64,000 bases of DNA, taken from positions 96,001 through 160,000 of the IMG/VR virus record IMGVR_UViG_3300045988_143931. One strand, given 5' to 3'. Below the pieces are notes generated by a model. The model saw only the letters and a list, made by a program, of their open reading frames with translations, did no database searches and was not told the origin of the DNA. Numbering within the stretch: the first letter of the stretch is position 1; every line of letters begins with the position of its first letter. Of this stretch, positions 36,501 to 43,659 are shown piece by piece. The position numbers and the translations under genes are program-made. The DNA comes from a virus.

Positions 36501-38196
36501 TACTGAAAGTGTTTCAAAGTATAATCAATCTCTTAAAGATAATGCAACTCAAAAATTATCTAATTATAATAACACTTCTAAATATACTCCTGAATTTATT
36601 GAACGAGTTAATTCAAAAATCTCTGAAATTGGACAACTTGATATTACGAAACCAGAAGATGTTGCTAGATTAAAAACAATTGACAGTGAAGTTCAGAAAA
36701 TTGTCGATGATTCAAAGTTATTAGAGAATAAACTTGTTAAACAAGATTCTAAGATTGCTGACATTATATCACAGATGAAGATTTTTAGGTCACAAAATAC
36801 TAATATGTCTTCATCACAAAAACAAGCATTAGATGATGTAATTAATTATGCCGAAAAACTTGCAAATACTGGTAAGGTAACTGCCCAACAAATAGAAAAG
36901 ATAAAAATATCATTTTCTGGATTAAAAGCTGTAGTTGCATCAAGTGGTAATATGGGTAAAAACTTCTTTAGTCAAATCGGTAATCGTCTTACTGATATGA
37001 ACAGCAAATTTGTTGCTCAGTTTTTGAGTTGGCAAGATTGGATAAGATATATTCAGCAAGGCGTAAATACTATTCGTGAACTTGATACAGCGATGACTGA
37101 AGTTAAAAAAGTATCGGATGCAACAGAAACACAATATTCATCATTTAGAGACACTATTTCTTCTACTGCAAAAGAGATTGCAACAACAAATAAAGAATTG
37201 CTTAATTCTAGTGCAGATTTCTTAAGATTAGGATATAGTCTTGATCAAGCAAGCGATCTTGCTAAAAACGCCACATTATTTGTTAATGTCGGTGATGGTG
37301 TTGATATTACAGAAGCTACCGAAGACATGATTACAGCTATGAAAGCTTTTGATATCCAAGCTGAAGATAGCATTAAAATTGTTGATGATTATAACCAGAT
37401 TGGCAACCAGTTTGCGCTCTCTGCTTCTGATATTGGTGAAGCAATGAAACGTTCTGCATCTGCTCTTGAAACAGGTAATAATAGTTTTGAACAAAGTATC
37501 GGTCTTATTACTGCTATGAATGAAATTGTTCAAAATAGTGAAAACACAGGTAACTCTCTTAAGGTTTTAAGCCTGCGTTTAAGAGGTGCAAAGGCAGAAT
37601 TAGAGGATATGCAGGAAGACACAGATGGTCTTTGTGATTCAACCTCTAAGCTTCGTGAACAAATTAAATCTTTGACTGGTGTTGATATTATGTTAGATGA
37701 CAATACATTTAAATCAACAACAGACATTATTAAAGAATTAGGTGCTGTTTGGGATAAATTATCCGATTCTTCACAAGCTGCAACTCTTGAACTTATAGCT
37801 GGAAAATCAAGGGCGAATAATGTAGCGGCGTTACTTAAAAACTATCAAAGAATTGATGAAGTTATGGAAAGCCTTGGTGATGCCGAGGGTTCAGCAATGC
37901 GTGAAAATGAAGCTATAGTTGATTCAATCGATGGACGAATTAAGAAACTATCTGCTTCTATGGAAGATTTTTGGCAAAAAGCAATAAATACAGATTTTGT
38001 AAAAAATATTGTATCATCACTTGATACCATATTAAATCTATTAACAAAAATCATTGATCAGTTCGGTTTACTTCCAACTATTATTGGTGTTGGTGGTGCT
38101 GGTACAGGTATCTTTAAGTTTATTAAGAATTTTGATTGGGTTTTAAAACCTTACACAAAAAACTCTCTCCAACAGTTTTTAGTTGGTCAATCATAG
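33586..38196 (+). CDS. tail tape-measure protein, N-terminal half (1,536 aa) including TP901-type core region
   Basis: ATG 33586 after AAGGAGG. ~1,150 aa of coiled-coil-type sequence, then TEATEDMITAMKAFDIQAEDSIKIVDDYNQIGNQFALSASDIGEAMKRSASALE...LKVLSLRLRG (TMP core). A Gly/Ala hydrophobic segment follows (IIGVGGAGTGIF). TAG at 38194-38196. Confidence 0.8.
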   Translation: MAKDGIVSIAIDYKNELNQMIRDYESALTKMASNDKLSKGMKAQFDNTIAELKRFKADMEKSFSDLSIGKVDKNSFKAFKQTVNKNFESVRAEIDRLDLAVSTINSQIKILGNGVDISKISSQFKDFQDYVQNTNNAIDTMIKKLDGQGISLISFDDSAINQAKSQIKEINKLLKSTDEFSDAKGSKYELFDTEQAQAELDVLAKDLKNTLELIEKSESELSNFDKNSIGFEKTINQINILKLKAADLHDSIQQLIDIPDKTGEYTFGDSILISDDNVDKKVSEYEKIVKGTLDEIRESAIKTREELDKIVTPTSSKTASAKISDKLNPNSAELVTGVTIETTSSELWKKLSPIIEDLQNILNKNPVVAPVKLVVAPNAVSSEKNGEVGTISKSYSKKYQRELAKTGEDAVIDLEGVYKKTFTSIMDEAVSYSKETISKIQNIFESSPIKLHFDFNEEEFKKISDALLSSDSDKKIDITDQIAESKKEVNELAEKLAEVNELLNSADSKDFSFKGFDKFAEEISKSLGQLVELQSMLKTLQNIESTLARASGVSSVTDIETQWQNVSKLIENSIKLDGTFRKNANVDKLASEYNKYLNMGGTNELSFIGKVGKLENSKNIMEAIFSKAKELNSQKVDTSSVDKADDELKSVSSTLDDVISRLDHMINLTRDIGNTFYKMFKDTSVSDIDKQWSSIESKFKSIADESGKINLSKQKKDIQELVEMYQKYANTGGMKTPFDLTDNAETIKKINKVYEQMNSKKNRTSVTNESKNFIKVEDSVNSLTSAINTKTEAIKTEANTMELAARAEVKSIQKIIDALNPLIERIESIPELKIPKEDTILPHKESNISSGKKDAFPSNEEVKQKEKLAEATRKLRQEEKQSSQDSVNSALKDQVSAWKQIQSIREKIAKVDNPDVINQLQETKRYYQQQYLDATKILKSNQDLYDAQGQLNRLKQIELETTAKISQYQSKNTESVSKYNQSLKDNATQKLSNYNNTSKYTPEFIERVNSKISEIGQLDITKPEDVARLKTIDSEVQKIVDDSKLLENKLVKQDSKIADIISQMKIFRSQNTNMSSSQKQALDDVINYAEKLANTGKVTAQQIEKIKISFSGLKAVVASSGNMGKNFFSQIGNRLTDMNSKFVAQFLSWQDWIRYIQQGVNTIRELDTAMTEVKKVSDATETQYSSFRDTISSTAKEIATTNKELLNSSADFLRLGYSLDQASDLAKNATLFVNVGDGVDITEATEDMITAMKAFDIQAEDSIKIVDDYNQIGNQFALSASDIGEAMKRSASALETGNNSFEQSIGLITAMNEIVQNSENTGNSLKVLSLRLRGAKAELEDMQEDTDGLCDSTSKLREQIKSLTGVDIMLDDNTFKSTTDIIKELGAVWDKLSDSSQAATLELIAGKSRANNVAALLKNYQRIDEVMESLGDAEGSAMRENEAIVDSIDGRIKKLSASMEDFWQKAINTDFVKNIVSSLDTILNLLTKIIDQFGLLPTIIGVGGAGTGIFKFIKNFDWVLKPYTKNSLQQFLVGQS
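38165..38185. repeat. left arm of 21-bp inverted repeat bracketing the insert
   Basis: CTCTCCAACAGTTTTTAGTTG is the reverse complement of 43657-43677 (19 Watson-Crick + 2 G:T; the outer 12 nt are perfect). Confidence 0.9.
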
Positions 38197-38859
38197 ATAA
38201 GAGAATAACATAATGGCGTTGTAATCAAGTCTATGGATACATGGGATTCTTAATAAAAAACTCTGCAAACACTTTAGCGGAGTATAAACTTTACATGGAG
38301 GAATAAATGCTTGAATGCTTGGTAGCTTAACAAACTACCCACGGATCACATAACAAACCATAATCCATATAGTTATATTGGATGAGGTTGCGAAAGTAGA
38401 AAAAATTGTATATGTGGATATATGAGAATATCAAGGAGACTTGATAGGTGTCTAAGTATCATTAACAACGGGCAACGAGCAGGACGGTACTCTACATTTT
38501 ATAATGTTGACCATATATAGAAATGAAAGGTCATATATAGAGAATAACTATATAAGAGAGCAATCCCCAACGACATACCCATCCTCTAAGTGAGTCATCG
38601 CCTTAAGTATGACATTCGCTTATAATGCATAGTGTACATTGCGATTTCGGAATTCAGTAATGTACTTGAGTGTGTGTTTCACTCAACTAGGAAATTCCAA
38701 AAATAACTTATAAATAAAATAAATTTTACGGAGGTTTTATTATAGTAAAATATGAAGAAAGAAATTGGTAATTTAATATAAAAAAATAATAAAATAGAGA
38801 GTAGGAAAATCTACTCTCTTATGTAAAAATGATAATAATATTCCCACCAGATTCAATAA

Positions 38860-38940
38860 TTAAAAACATAATTTAATGACAATAAACAACGCTATAAGCG
38901 CAATAACAAAAGACGTGCTCATTCTAATATGGCAATTCAT
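38860..38940 (-). CDS. 26-aa hydrophobic peptide with strong SD, long leader and own terminator
   Basis: ATG at 38940, 8 nt after GGAGGA (complement of 38949-38954). Translation is MNCHIRMSTSFVIALIALFIVIKLCF. Minus-strand terminator AGAGAGTAG/CTACTCTCT at 38796-38819 followed by a T-run. Confidence 0.45.
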   Translation of the reverse strand: MNCHIRMSTSFVIALIALFIVIKLCF

Positions 38941-39109
38941 AATGTCGTTCCTCCTTTTATTAGTTTCTTCTGCTTTGTATACAACAGAAACACTGAAGGG
39001 GTTTATTGCCCAAGCAATACCTGCTCGGCGACCGACTATATTTTTAATTATATATTATCTGGCTCCCTTACGCTTACCTTTTGGATAAGTATGCCTCCCA
39101 GATATTTTT

Positions 39110-39137
39110 ATTATATCATTATATCATATTTTTACAA
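39110..39137 (-). promoter_or_regulatory. sigma-A type promoter driving the 26-aa peptide transcript
   Basis: On the minus strand: TTGTAA (39137-39132), 16-nt spacer, TATAAT (39115-39110). A second overlapping TATAAT lies 8 nt upstream. Confidence 0.5.
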
Positions 39138-39294
39138 TTCAGAACATAGGTTTTGAGGAAAATGTATAGTATTAAAGAGTCTTTTTATGCATATTGACAT
39201 GATCATAAGATTAGTGATTAATAATAAAATAGGACTGTCGTGAAACAGCCCCTACTATTGAAGTAAAGGAGAATAAATATATAAATGAAGAACA

Positions 39295-39480
39295 TTAATG
39301 ATGAAGATTGATATTGATATCCTTAGAAGTCATTTCTGCTAAACTTCCAGTTTTGGAATCACTGTAGTCTTTGCAGATTTTAGCGATGTAACATTTGCCA
39401 ACGATTGAAGCTATGTGGCATATTACATAACATATTCCAAGAATTACTGAACCGATTATCTCGGCATATAATATATTCAA
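39295..39480 (-). CDS. 61-aa small membrane protein (toxin/holin-like)
   Basis: TTG start 10 nt after GGGAGGTG. N-terminal TM IIGSVILGICYVICHIASIV then a polar tail. Minus-strand terminator at ~39232-39256. Confidence 0.5.
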   Translation of the reverse strand: MNILYAEIIGSVILGICYVICHIASIVGKCYIAKICKDYSDSKTGSLAEMTSKDININLHH

Positions 39481-39691
39481 TATGTATTTTCACCTCCCTT
39501 CTTAGTAAGAATATAAATAAGTAGGGAATATTCTTTTAGCCCAGAATGGGCAGATATTTATTCCGACTGCCATAAAAATAGACATTGGGACAACCTTCGG
39601 TTATAGAGTGTTATGGCACACATCTATGTTGTTTCTCCAATGTCTATATTTTACCATTGTATTTAATTCAATACAATCCAGAACAATAGTT

Positions 39692-39868
39692 CTAATTTTG
39701 TAATTGTGAGTTAATATACTCTTCTCTTTCGGATTCCGTCATTGAGAAGAATTTTTCAAATTCTATATCAAGATTTTTGCATTCAATGTTGCATGTTCTG
39801 CATATACATTTAATATAATGCGTGTATGTGATTCTATGACAATTAGGACAGTAATGAATTTTTAACAT
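39692..39868 (-). CDS. 58-aa zinc-ribbon protein
   Basis: ATG 39868 is 6 nt after AGAGG. MLKIHYCPNCHRITYTHYIKCICRTCNIEC. The ORF-track start 39943 would overlap the divergent promoter. Confidence 0.5.
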   Translation of the reverse strand: MLKIHYCPNCHRITYTHYIKCICRTCNIECKNLDIEFEKFFSMTESEREEYINSQLQN

Positions 39869-39964
39869 ATGTAACCTCTGTTTCTCATTGATATAATTGC
39901 AAAAATATTTTATATGTGATATGTTATATGAAAATATTAACATATATGGGAGGTATAATAAAGT

Positions 39965-40939
39965 ATGGATTATACATCTAAAACTCGCTCTTTACAATCA
40001 CTTGTAAAGGATATGAATAAGGGGACAATTAATCTTTCTCATAAATTACAGCGACCAGAGGGACAATGGAATCGTAAGCAAAAATCAGATTTGATTGATT
40101 CACTACTTCGCCATTATCCAATTAATCCAACATATGCAATTGTAGAAGAAGACGGAACTCTATCGGTTATTGACGGTGTTCAGCGTTTATCTACTATAAG
40201 AGATTATATTGAGAATATATTTGCTTTATCAAAGGATATGAATGGTATTATTATTAACGGTGAAGAAAAGAATTTATCAGGTTTAAAATTTGACAAACTT
40301 GATGAAGATGTTAAATCTGAAATTCTTAATGCTGAATTGCAGATTTATAGAATGACCGATTGTACAGAAACAGATATCCGTGAACTTTTCCGAAGACAGA
40401 ATGCAGGGAAACCTCTGTCAAATAAGCTTTTGCGTGTGGTGCATGAATCAGATGAATTTAGTGAAGTGGTCTACTCTCTCGCCAATCATCCATTCATGGA
40501 TAAACTTATGTCACCTACACAAAGAAAGAATGGTACAGATAGAGATATAATTATCCAGGCAATGATGCTTATTTCTTCTAATCAGGAACAGGAATTTACA
40601 TCTTTTAGAACAAAAGATATTGATACTTATGTAACTGATTATGCGGATCAGTATCTTGGTAGAGCTGATACATTAAAAGAGGCTATGGATAGATTCGATG
40701 AATCATTTGATGAAATTAAAATTCCTGTTACCTCTATCCCACAAATATTATATTCAGGTTATCGTATTATTAAAGATAAGAAGTCGTTTACAAAACTTGT
40801 TGATAAGGTTGCCGACTTCTGTATTAATTATGATTCTAATAGTGAGTATAAGCAATTTGTTCAGAATGGAACAGGCTCTAAAGAAAATGTTCGAGGAAGA
40901 TTTGAATATTGGCGAGCAATTGTTAAGACATTACAGTAA
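39965..40939 (+). CDS. DUF262 / ParB-like nuclease-superfamily protein (GmrSD N-terminal-domain type), stand-alone
   Basis: LQRPEGQWNRKQKSDLIDSLLRHYPINP...VIDGVQRLSTIRDY matches the DUF262 'QR..vW...LIDSil.g.P...DGqQRltT' core. No His-Me/DUF1524-like C-terminal motif seen. TGaTATAAT promoter at 39889-39897. Terminator at 40946-40974. Confidence 0.75.
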   Translation: MDYTSKTRSLQSLVKDMNKGTINLSHKLQRPEGQWNRKQKSDLIDSLLRHYPINPTYAIVEEDGTLSVIDGVQRLSTIRDYIENIFALSKDMNGIIINGEEKNLSGLKFDKLDEDVKSEILNAELQIYRMTDCTETDIRELFRRQNAGKPLSNKLLRVVHESDEFSEVVYSLANHPFMDKLMSPTQRKNGTDRDIIIQAMMLISSNQEQEFTSFRTKDIDTYVTDYADQYLGRADTLKEAMDRFDESFDEIKIPVTSIPQILYSGYRIIKDKKSFTKLVDKVADFCINYDSNSEYKQFVQNGTGSKENVRGRFEYWRAIVKTLQ

Positions 40940-41078
40940 TGTTTCAGAGAGTAGTCATTAATTGGCTACTCTTTTATTAAAATAAACAAATGTTCTGATG
41001 GAAATATTTGTAAATATATTTTATAATCATAATAGAAATAAACTTAAGAAGTTTATTATTATGTTATTGGAGAAAAAT

Positions 41079-41390
41079 ATGAGGAACAAATTTTTCATTG
41101 ACAAAAAATTAGTGAAGAAAATTGAAAAAGACTTAAAGAAGCGATGTTCTATCGAAGAAGATTTAAATAAAGATTTAGAACTTTTTAATGAAGAAATAGA
41201 TGATAAAACTGTTCTTTCTATATTTAAATATATTGAAGATTATGGGAATAAGAAGCAAAAAGGTTATTTAGTAGAAATACAAAGTAGATATGAGAATTCT
41301 ACATTACTCATTGATGATACTTTAAAACTTGCTGATTGGTATGATAAAATGTGTAATTTCTATAATAATATCGATGGAATGGATTTATAA
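41079..41390 (+). CDS. hypothetical protein (103 aa)
   Basis: ATG 41079 after GGAGAAAAAT. Lys/Asp/Glu-rich. Confidence 0.4.
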   Translation: MRNKFFIDKKLVKKIEKDLKKRCSIEEDLNKDLELFNEEIDDKTVLSIFKYIEDYGNKKQKGYLVEIQSRYENSTLLIDDTLKLADWYDKMCNFYNNIDGMDL

Positions 41391-41395
41391 GAAAA

Positions 41396-41611
41396 ATGAA
41401 TAAATATATAGTGTTAAGTAAAAAGAAAAATCTTAGTCAATTATATTGTATTATTAAAGATTTAAAGTTGAAGAATACATTGAAAAATAAAAGAACTTCG
41501 ATATGGGAAAATAATGATTTGGAAATTAGTATTGACAAATACATAATTAGAATAACAATTTATTCAAATGAAGATGTTCAATATTATACTAATTATATTT
41601 TACAAAGGTGA
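41396..41611 (+). CDS. hypothetical protein (71 aa)
   Basis: ORF track. Weak RBS. Confidence 0.3.
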   Translation: MNKYIVLSKKKNLSQLYCIIKDLKLKNTLKNKRTSIWENNDLEISIDKYIIRITIYSNEDVQYYTNYILQR

Positions 41612-41615
41612 TAAT

Positions 41616-42092
41616 ATGGAAAAAAAAGAAAGATTAAAGATGATTAATTTTTTAAGCGACATTTTAAGTAAATCAAATATATCAGATTTTAAACATATTG
41701 AGTTAGAAAATGATAAAGATGTTAATTTTTTAATTAGTCCAAAAATTAAATACAAAAACAAAGAGGAAAATATACAACTACAATTAATGATTTATTGTTC
41801 TGACAATGAAAGCTTAAGTATATATTGTCCGTTATTGTATAAATTGTTAGATAAAGATAGCTTGGTATACACTCTATCATCAATTAATGAAGTTAATAGC
41901 AAAGTTGCTATTGGTAAAATTTATATGAATAAAGATAATAATTCTGTGATAAGTTATATTTATAGAGCTTTATTTAATAATATTTATGAAGAATTAACAC
42001 CTCAATTAATTAATGACTATATAGATGCATTTCTATTAACTTCTATTGAGTTTTATTCGAAAATGAAAGAGGTTGTTGATGAAGACAAATAA
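41616..42092 (+). CDS. hypothetical protein (158 aa)
   Basis: ATG 41616 after AAGGTGATAAT. ORF-track start 41568 overlaps the upstream gene. Confidence 0.4.
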   Translation: MEKKERLKMINFLSDILSKSNISDFKHIELENDKDVNFLISPKIKYKNKEENIQLQLMIYCSDNESLSIYCPLLYKLLDKDSLVYTLSSINEVNSKVAIGKIYMNKDNNSVISYIYRALFNNIYEELTPQLINDYIDAFLLTSIEFYSKMKEVVDEDK

Positions 42093-42495
42093 TAATGGTC
42101 ATTTTATTTTATTGTTAGGAGTTTTTATTTTTGCGGCTTTTATTCGCACAATATTGAATTCTAGTAAAAATATAGTTAGTATAATTGCAAGTATTAACAT
42201 TGTATCGTTATGGTTTGTGATATATTTAATTCTTGAAAATGCTCAAAACAAGTTTTATATTAGGCTTAAAAATAATACTGTTTTAGGAAGGCAAACAAAA
42301 ATAAAAAAGAATAATTATTTCAAAAAAGTTATAAAATGGATAGAAATTGTTATATTTATTTTAGGCATTTCTTATGTAATATTTTTTGCGAATAGTATTA
42401 TAAACGATATTATTGGATCTTTCTCATTATTTTTATCTATTGAAGAAGAATATATTTATAATTTAGTTCAAGATATTTTTTATAAAAAGAAATAA
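42079..42495 (+). CDS. membrane protein (3-4 TM segments), function unknown
   Basis: ATG 42079 is 6 nt after AAAGAGG. Hydrophobic segments FILLLGVFIFAAFI, IVSLWFVIYLIL, IVIFILGISYVIFFA. Confidence 0.45.
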   Translation: MKTNNNGHFILLLGVFIFAAFIRTILNSSKNIVSIIASINIVSLWFVIYLILENAQNKFYIRLKNNTVLGRQTKIKKNNYFKKVIKWIEIVIFILGISYVIFFANSIINDIIGSFSLFLSIEEEYIYNLVQDIFYKKK

Positions 42496-42496
42496 T

Positions 42497-42528
42497 AAAA
42501 AGAGCAGGACTAATCTCCTGCTCTTTTA
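42497..42528. terminator. bidirectional intrinsic terminator between convergent island genes
   Basis: AGAGCAGGA-CTAATC-TCCTGCTCT flanked by an A-run upstream and a T-run downstream. Confidence 0.7.
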
Positions 42529-42554
42529 TATTACTCTTCTTTTCTTCTATCCTA

Positions 42555-42674
42555 TCAGTCTTTATCTTCAGATCCGCTACATTCGTCACTGTGTTCACAG
42601 AATTCACAATAACATTCATCTGTATAATCACCTGTTTGCCAACATAGTTCTGTTGGAGACATATCATTGTTCAT
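42555..42674 (-). CDS. 39-aa acidic cysteine-rich peptide
   Basis: ATG 42674 is ~10 nt after AGGAG. Translation is MNNDMSPTELCWQTGDYTDECYCEFCEHSDECSGSEDKD. It stops before the terminator, unlike ORF-track 42437..42667, which reads through it. Confidence 0.4.
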   Translation of the reverse strand: MNNDMSPTELCWQTGDYTDECYCEFCEHSDECSGSEDKD

Positions 42675-42756
42675 AAACTCACCACTCCTCTGCTTAAAAA
42701 TATCTTAATTATACACTTGTTATTTTATCAAATTATTATATGTGAGGTGAATCAAT

Positions 42757-42885
42757 ATGAAATTATCTATAAAGATTAAAATAAATGAAATACGAGAACT
42801 GAAACCAATTGTTGAGTATATAAAGAACTTGGAGAATAATTCTCCCGAACTCAATACAGAGATAGAAATTGAGCTGGGAGAATAA
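42757..42885 (+). CDS. 42-aa hypothetical peptide
   Basis: ATG 42757 is 6 nt after GAGGTGA. Translation is MKLSIKIKINEIRELKPIVEYIKNLENNSPELNTEIEIELGE. Confidence 0.35.
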   Translation: MKLSIKIKINEIRELKPIVEYIKNLENNSPELNTEIEIELGE

Positions 42886-42888
42886 TTA

Positions 42889-43116
42889 TTAGTTTTCTTT
42901 TATAACTTCAATAATTGAAATTTCTGACTTAGAGATGGTAAATGCATTAGTGTCAGAATATAAATGTAAATCATATCCAACTGAATAATGATGATTAAAT
43001 ATTTCTTCATTTTCAAGATTGTATTCTAATACGCCTTTATGACCATAATAGACCTTATTGATATGGTTGTATTCTTGCACTTTACCATCTTTGTTTTTAA
43101 TTTTAAATGTATACAT
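42889..43116 (-). CDS. hypothetical protein (75 aa)
   Basis: ORF track. GAGGAGGA upstream on the minus strand (complement of 43124-43131). Confidence 0.45.
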   Translation of the reverse strand: MYTFKIKNKDGKVQEYNHINKVYYGHKGVLEYNLENEEIFNHHYSVGYDLHLYSDTNAFTISKSEISIIEVIKEN

Positions 43117-43194
43117 AGTATCCTCCTCTGTAATTTGATATTACTATCATACTACATTAAGGAATATTTTACCATTCGGAACATTAGTTCTTAC

Positions 43195-43605
43195 TTAAAA
43201 ATCACTCTTACAATTATTACAGTGCCATTGTTTTTTTACCTTTTGTGAGAATATACCGAACATCGCTACTGATGTTGCTTTTGATACTCCTGATATTTTC
43301 TTACAATTTGTTGAATTACAATATGGACAATGAACTTTATTTAACCAATCTTGTGCTTGGGCGTTAGCTTGGGCGATTTGCTGTGGGGTAAGGTCGGGAA
43401 TCGCAGGATTGTTTTCTTTAGTTCCATATTGTTTACTTAATTCACACCATAGTTGTTGAGCATCGTCATCTGAACAATTTGTTAATTCTTGAATAAACTT
43501 TATTCCTTTTAATGTTTGATTTTGAGCAATTATCACCAACATTTTTGTTGCTTCCGTGCTTTCAATTTGATTATCAAAATAATATTTTGCTTCTTCGTAA
43601 TTCAT
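43195..43605 (-). CDS. hypothetical protein with C-terminal zinc ribbon (136 aa)
   Basis: ATG 43605 is 5 nt after AAAGGGGGG. CPYCNSTNC...CNNCKSDF. ORF-track start 43659 would lie in its own promoter. Confidence 0.5.
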   Translation of the reverse strand: MNYEEAKYYFDNQIESTEATKMLVIIAQNQTLKGIKFIQELTNCSDDDAQQLWCELSKQYGTKENNPAIPDLTPQQIAQANAQAQDWLNKVHCPYCNSTNCKKISGVSKATSVAMFGIFSQKVKKQWHCNNCKSDF

Positions 43606-43630
43606 AATAACCCCCCTTTTTTTTGTTTTT

Positions 43631-43659
43631 ATTATATCAGACAACTCATAAATACGCAA
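43631..43659 (-). promoter_or_regulatory. near-consensus promoter reading into the island from its right end
   Basis: On the minus strand: TTGCGT (43659-43654), 17-nt spacer, TGaTATAAT (TATAAT at 43636-43631). The -35 overlaps the inner end of the right repeat arm. Confidence 0.6.

Noticed and set aside
38194-38211. Stop-codon recoding (TAG read as sense) to extend half 1
   Set aside because: Reading through TAG 38194 hits TAA four codons later (S-x-I-R-E-stop). Other genes in the window end normally, so no alternative genetic code is indicated.
38876-39156. Two overlapping plus-strand ORFs (70 and 75 aa) in the island
   Set aside because: They have no SD and low-complexity hydrophobic translation. 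They lie antisense to the promoter, leader and SD of the 26-aa peptide gene. They are likely frame shadows of AT-rich sequence.
42437-42667. ORF-track 76-aa minus-strand ORF
   Set aside because: It reads straight through the bidirectional terminator at 42497-42528 and has no SD. The overlapping 39-aa frame (42555-42674) has an SD and stops before the terminator.
38186-43656. Self-splicing group I or group II intron interrupting the tape-measure gene
   Set aside because: There is no GUGYG-like 5' end and no domain V-like AGC...GNRA hairpin near the 3' end. I could find no recognisable P7/P3 core strings. There is no reverse transcriptase or homing endonuclease. The insert carries about a dozen genes on both strands with their own promoters and terminators. 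The last ~450 nt before half 2 are the antisense of a coding gene. A covariance-model scan is still worth running.
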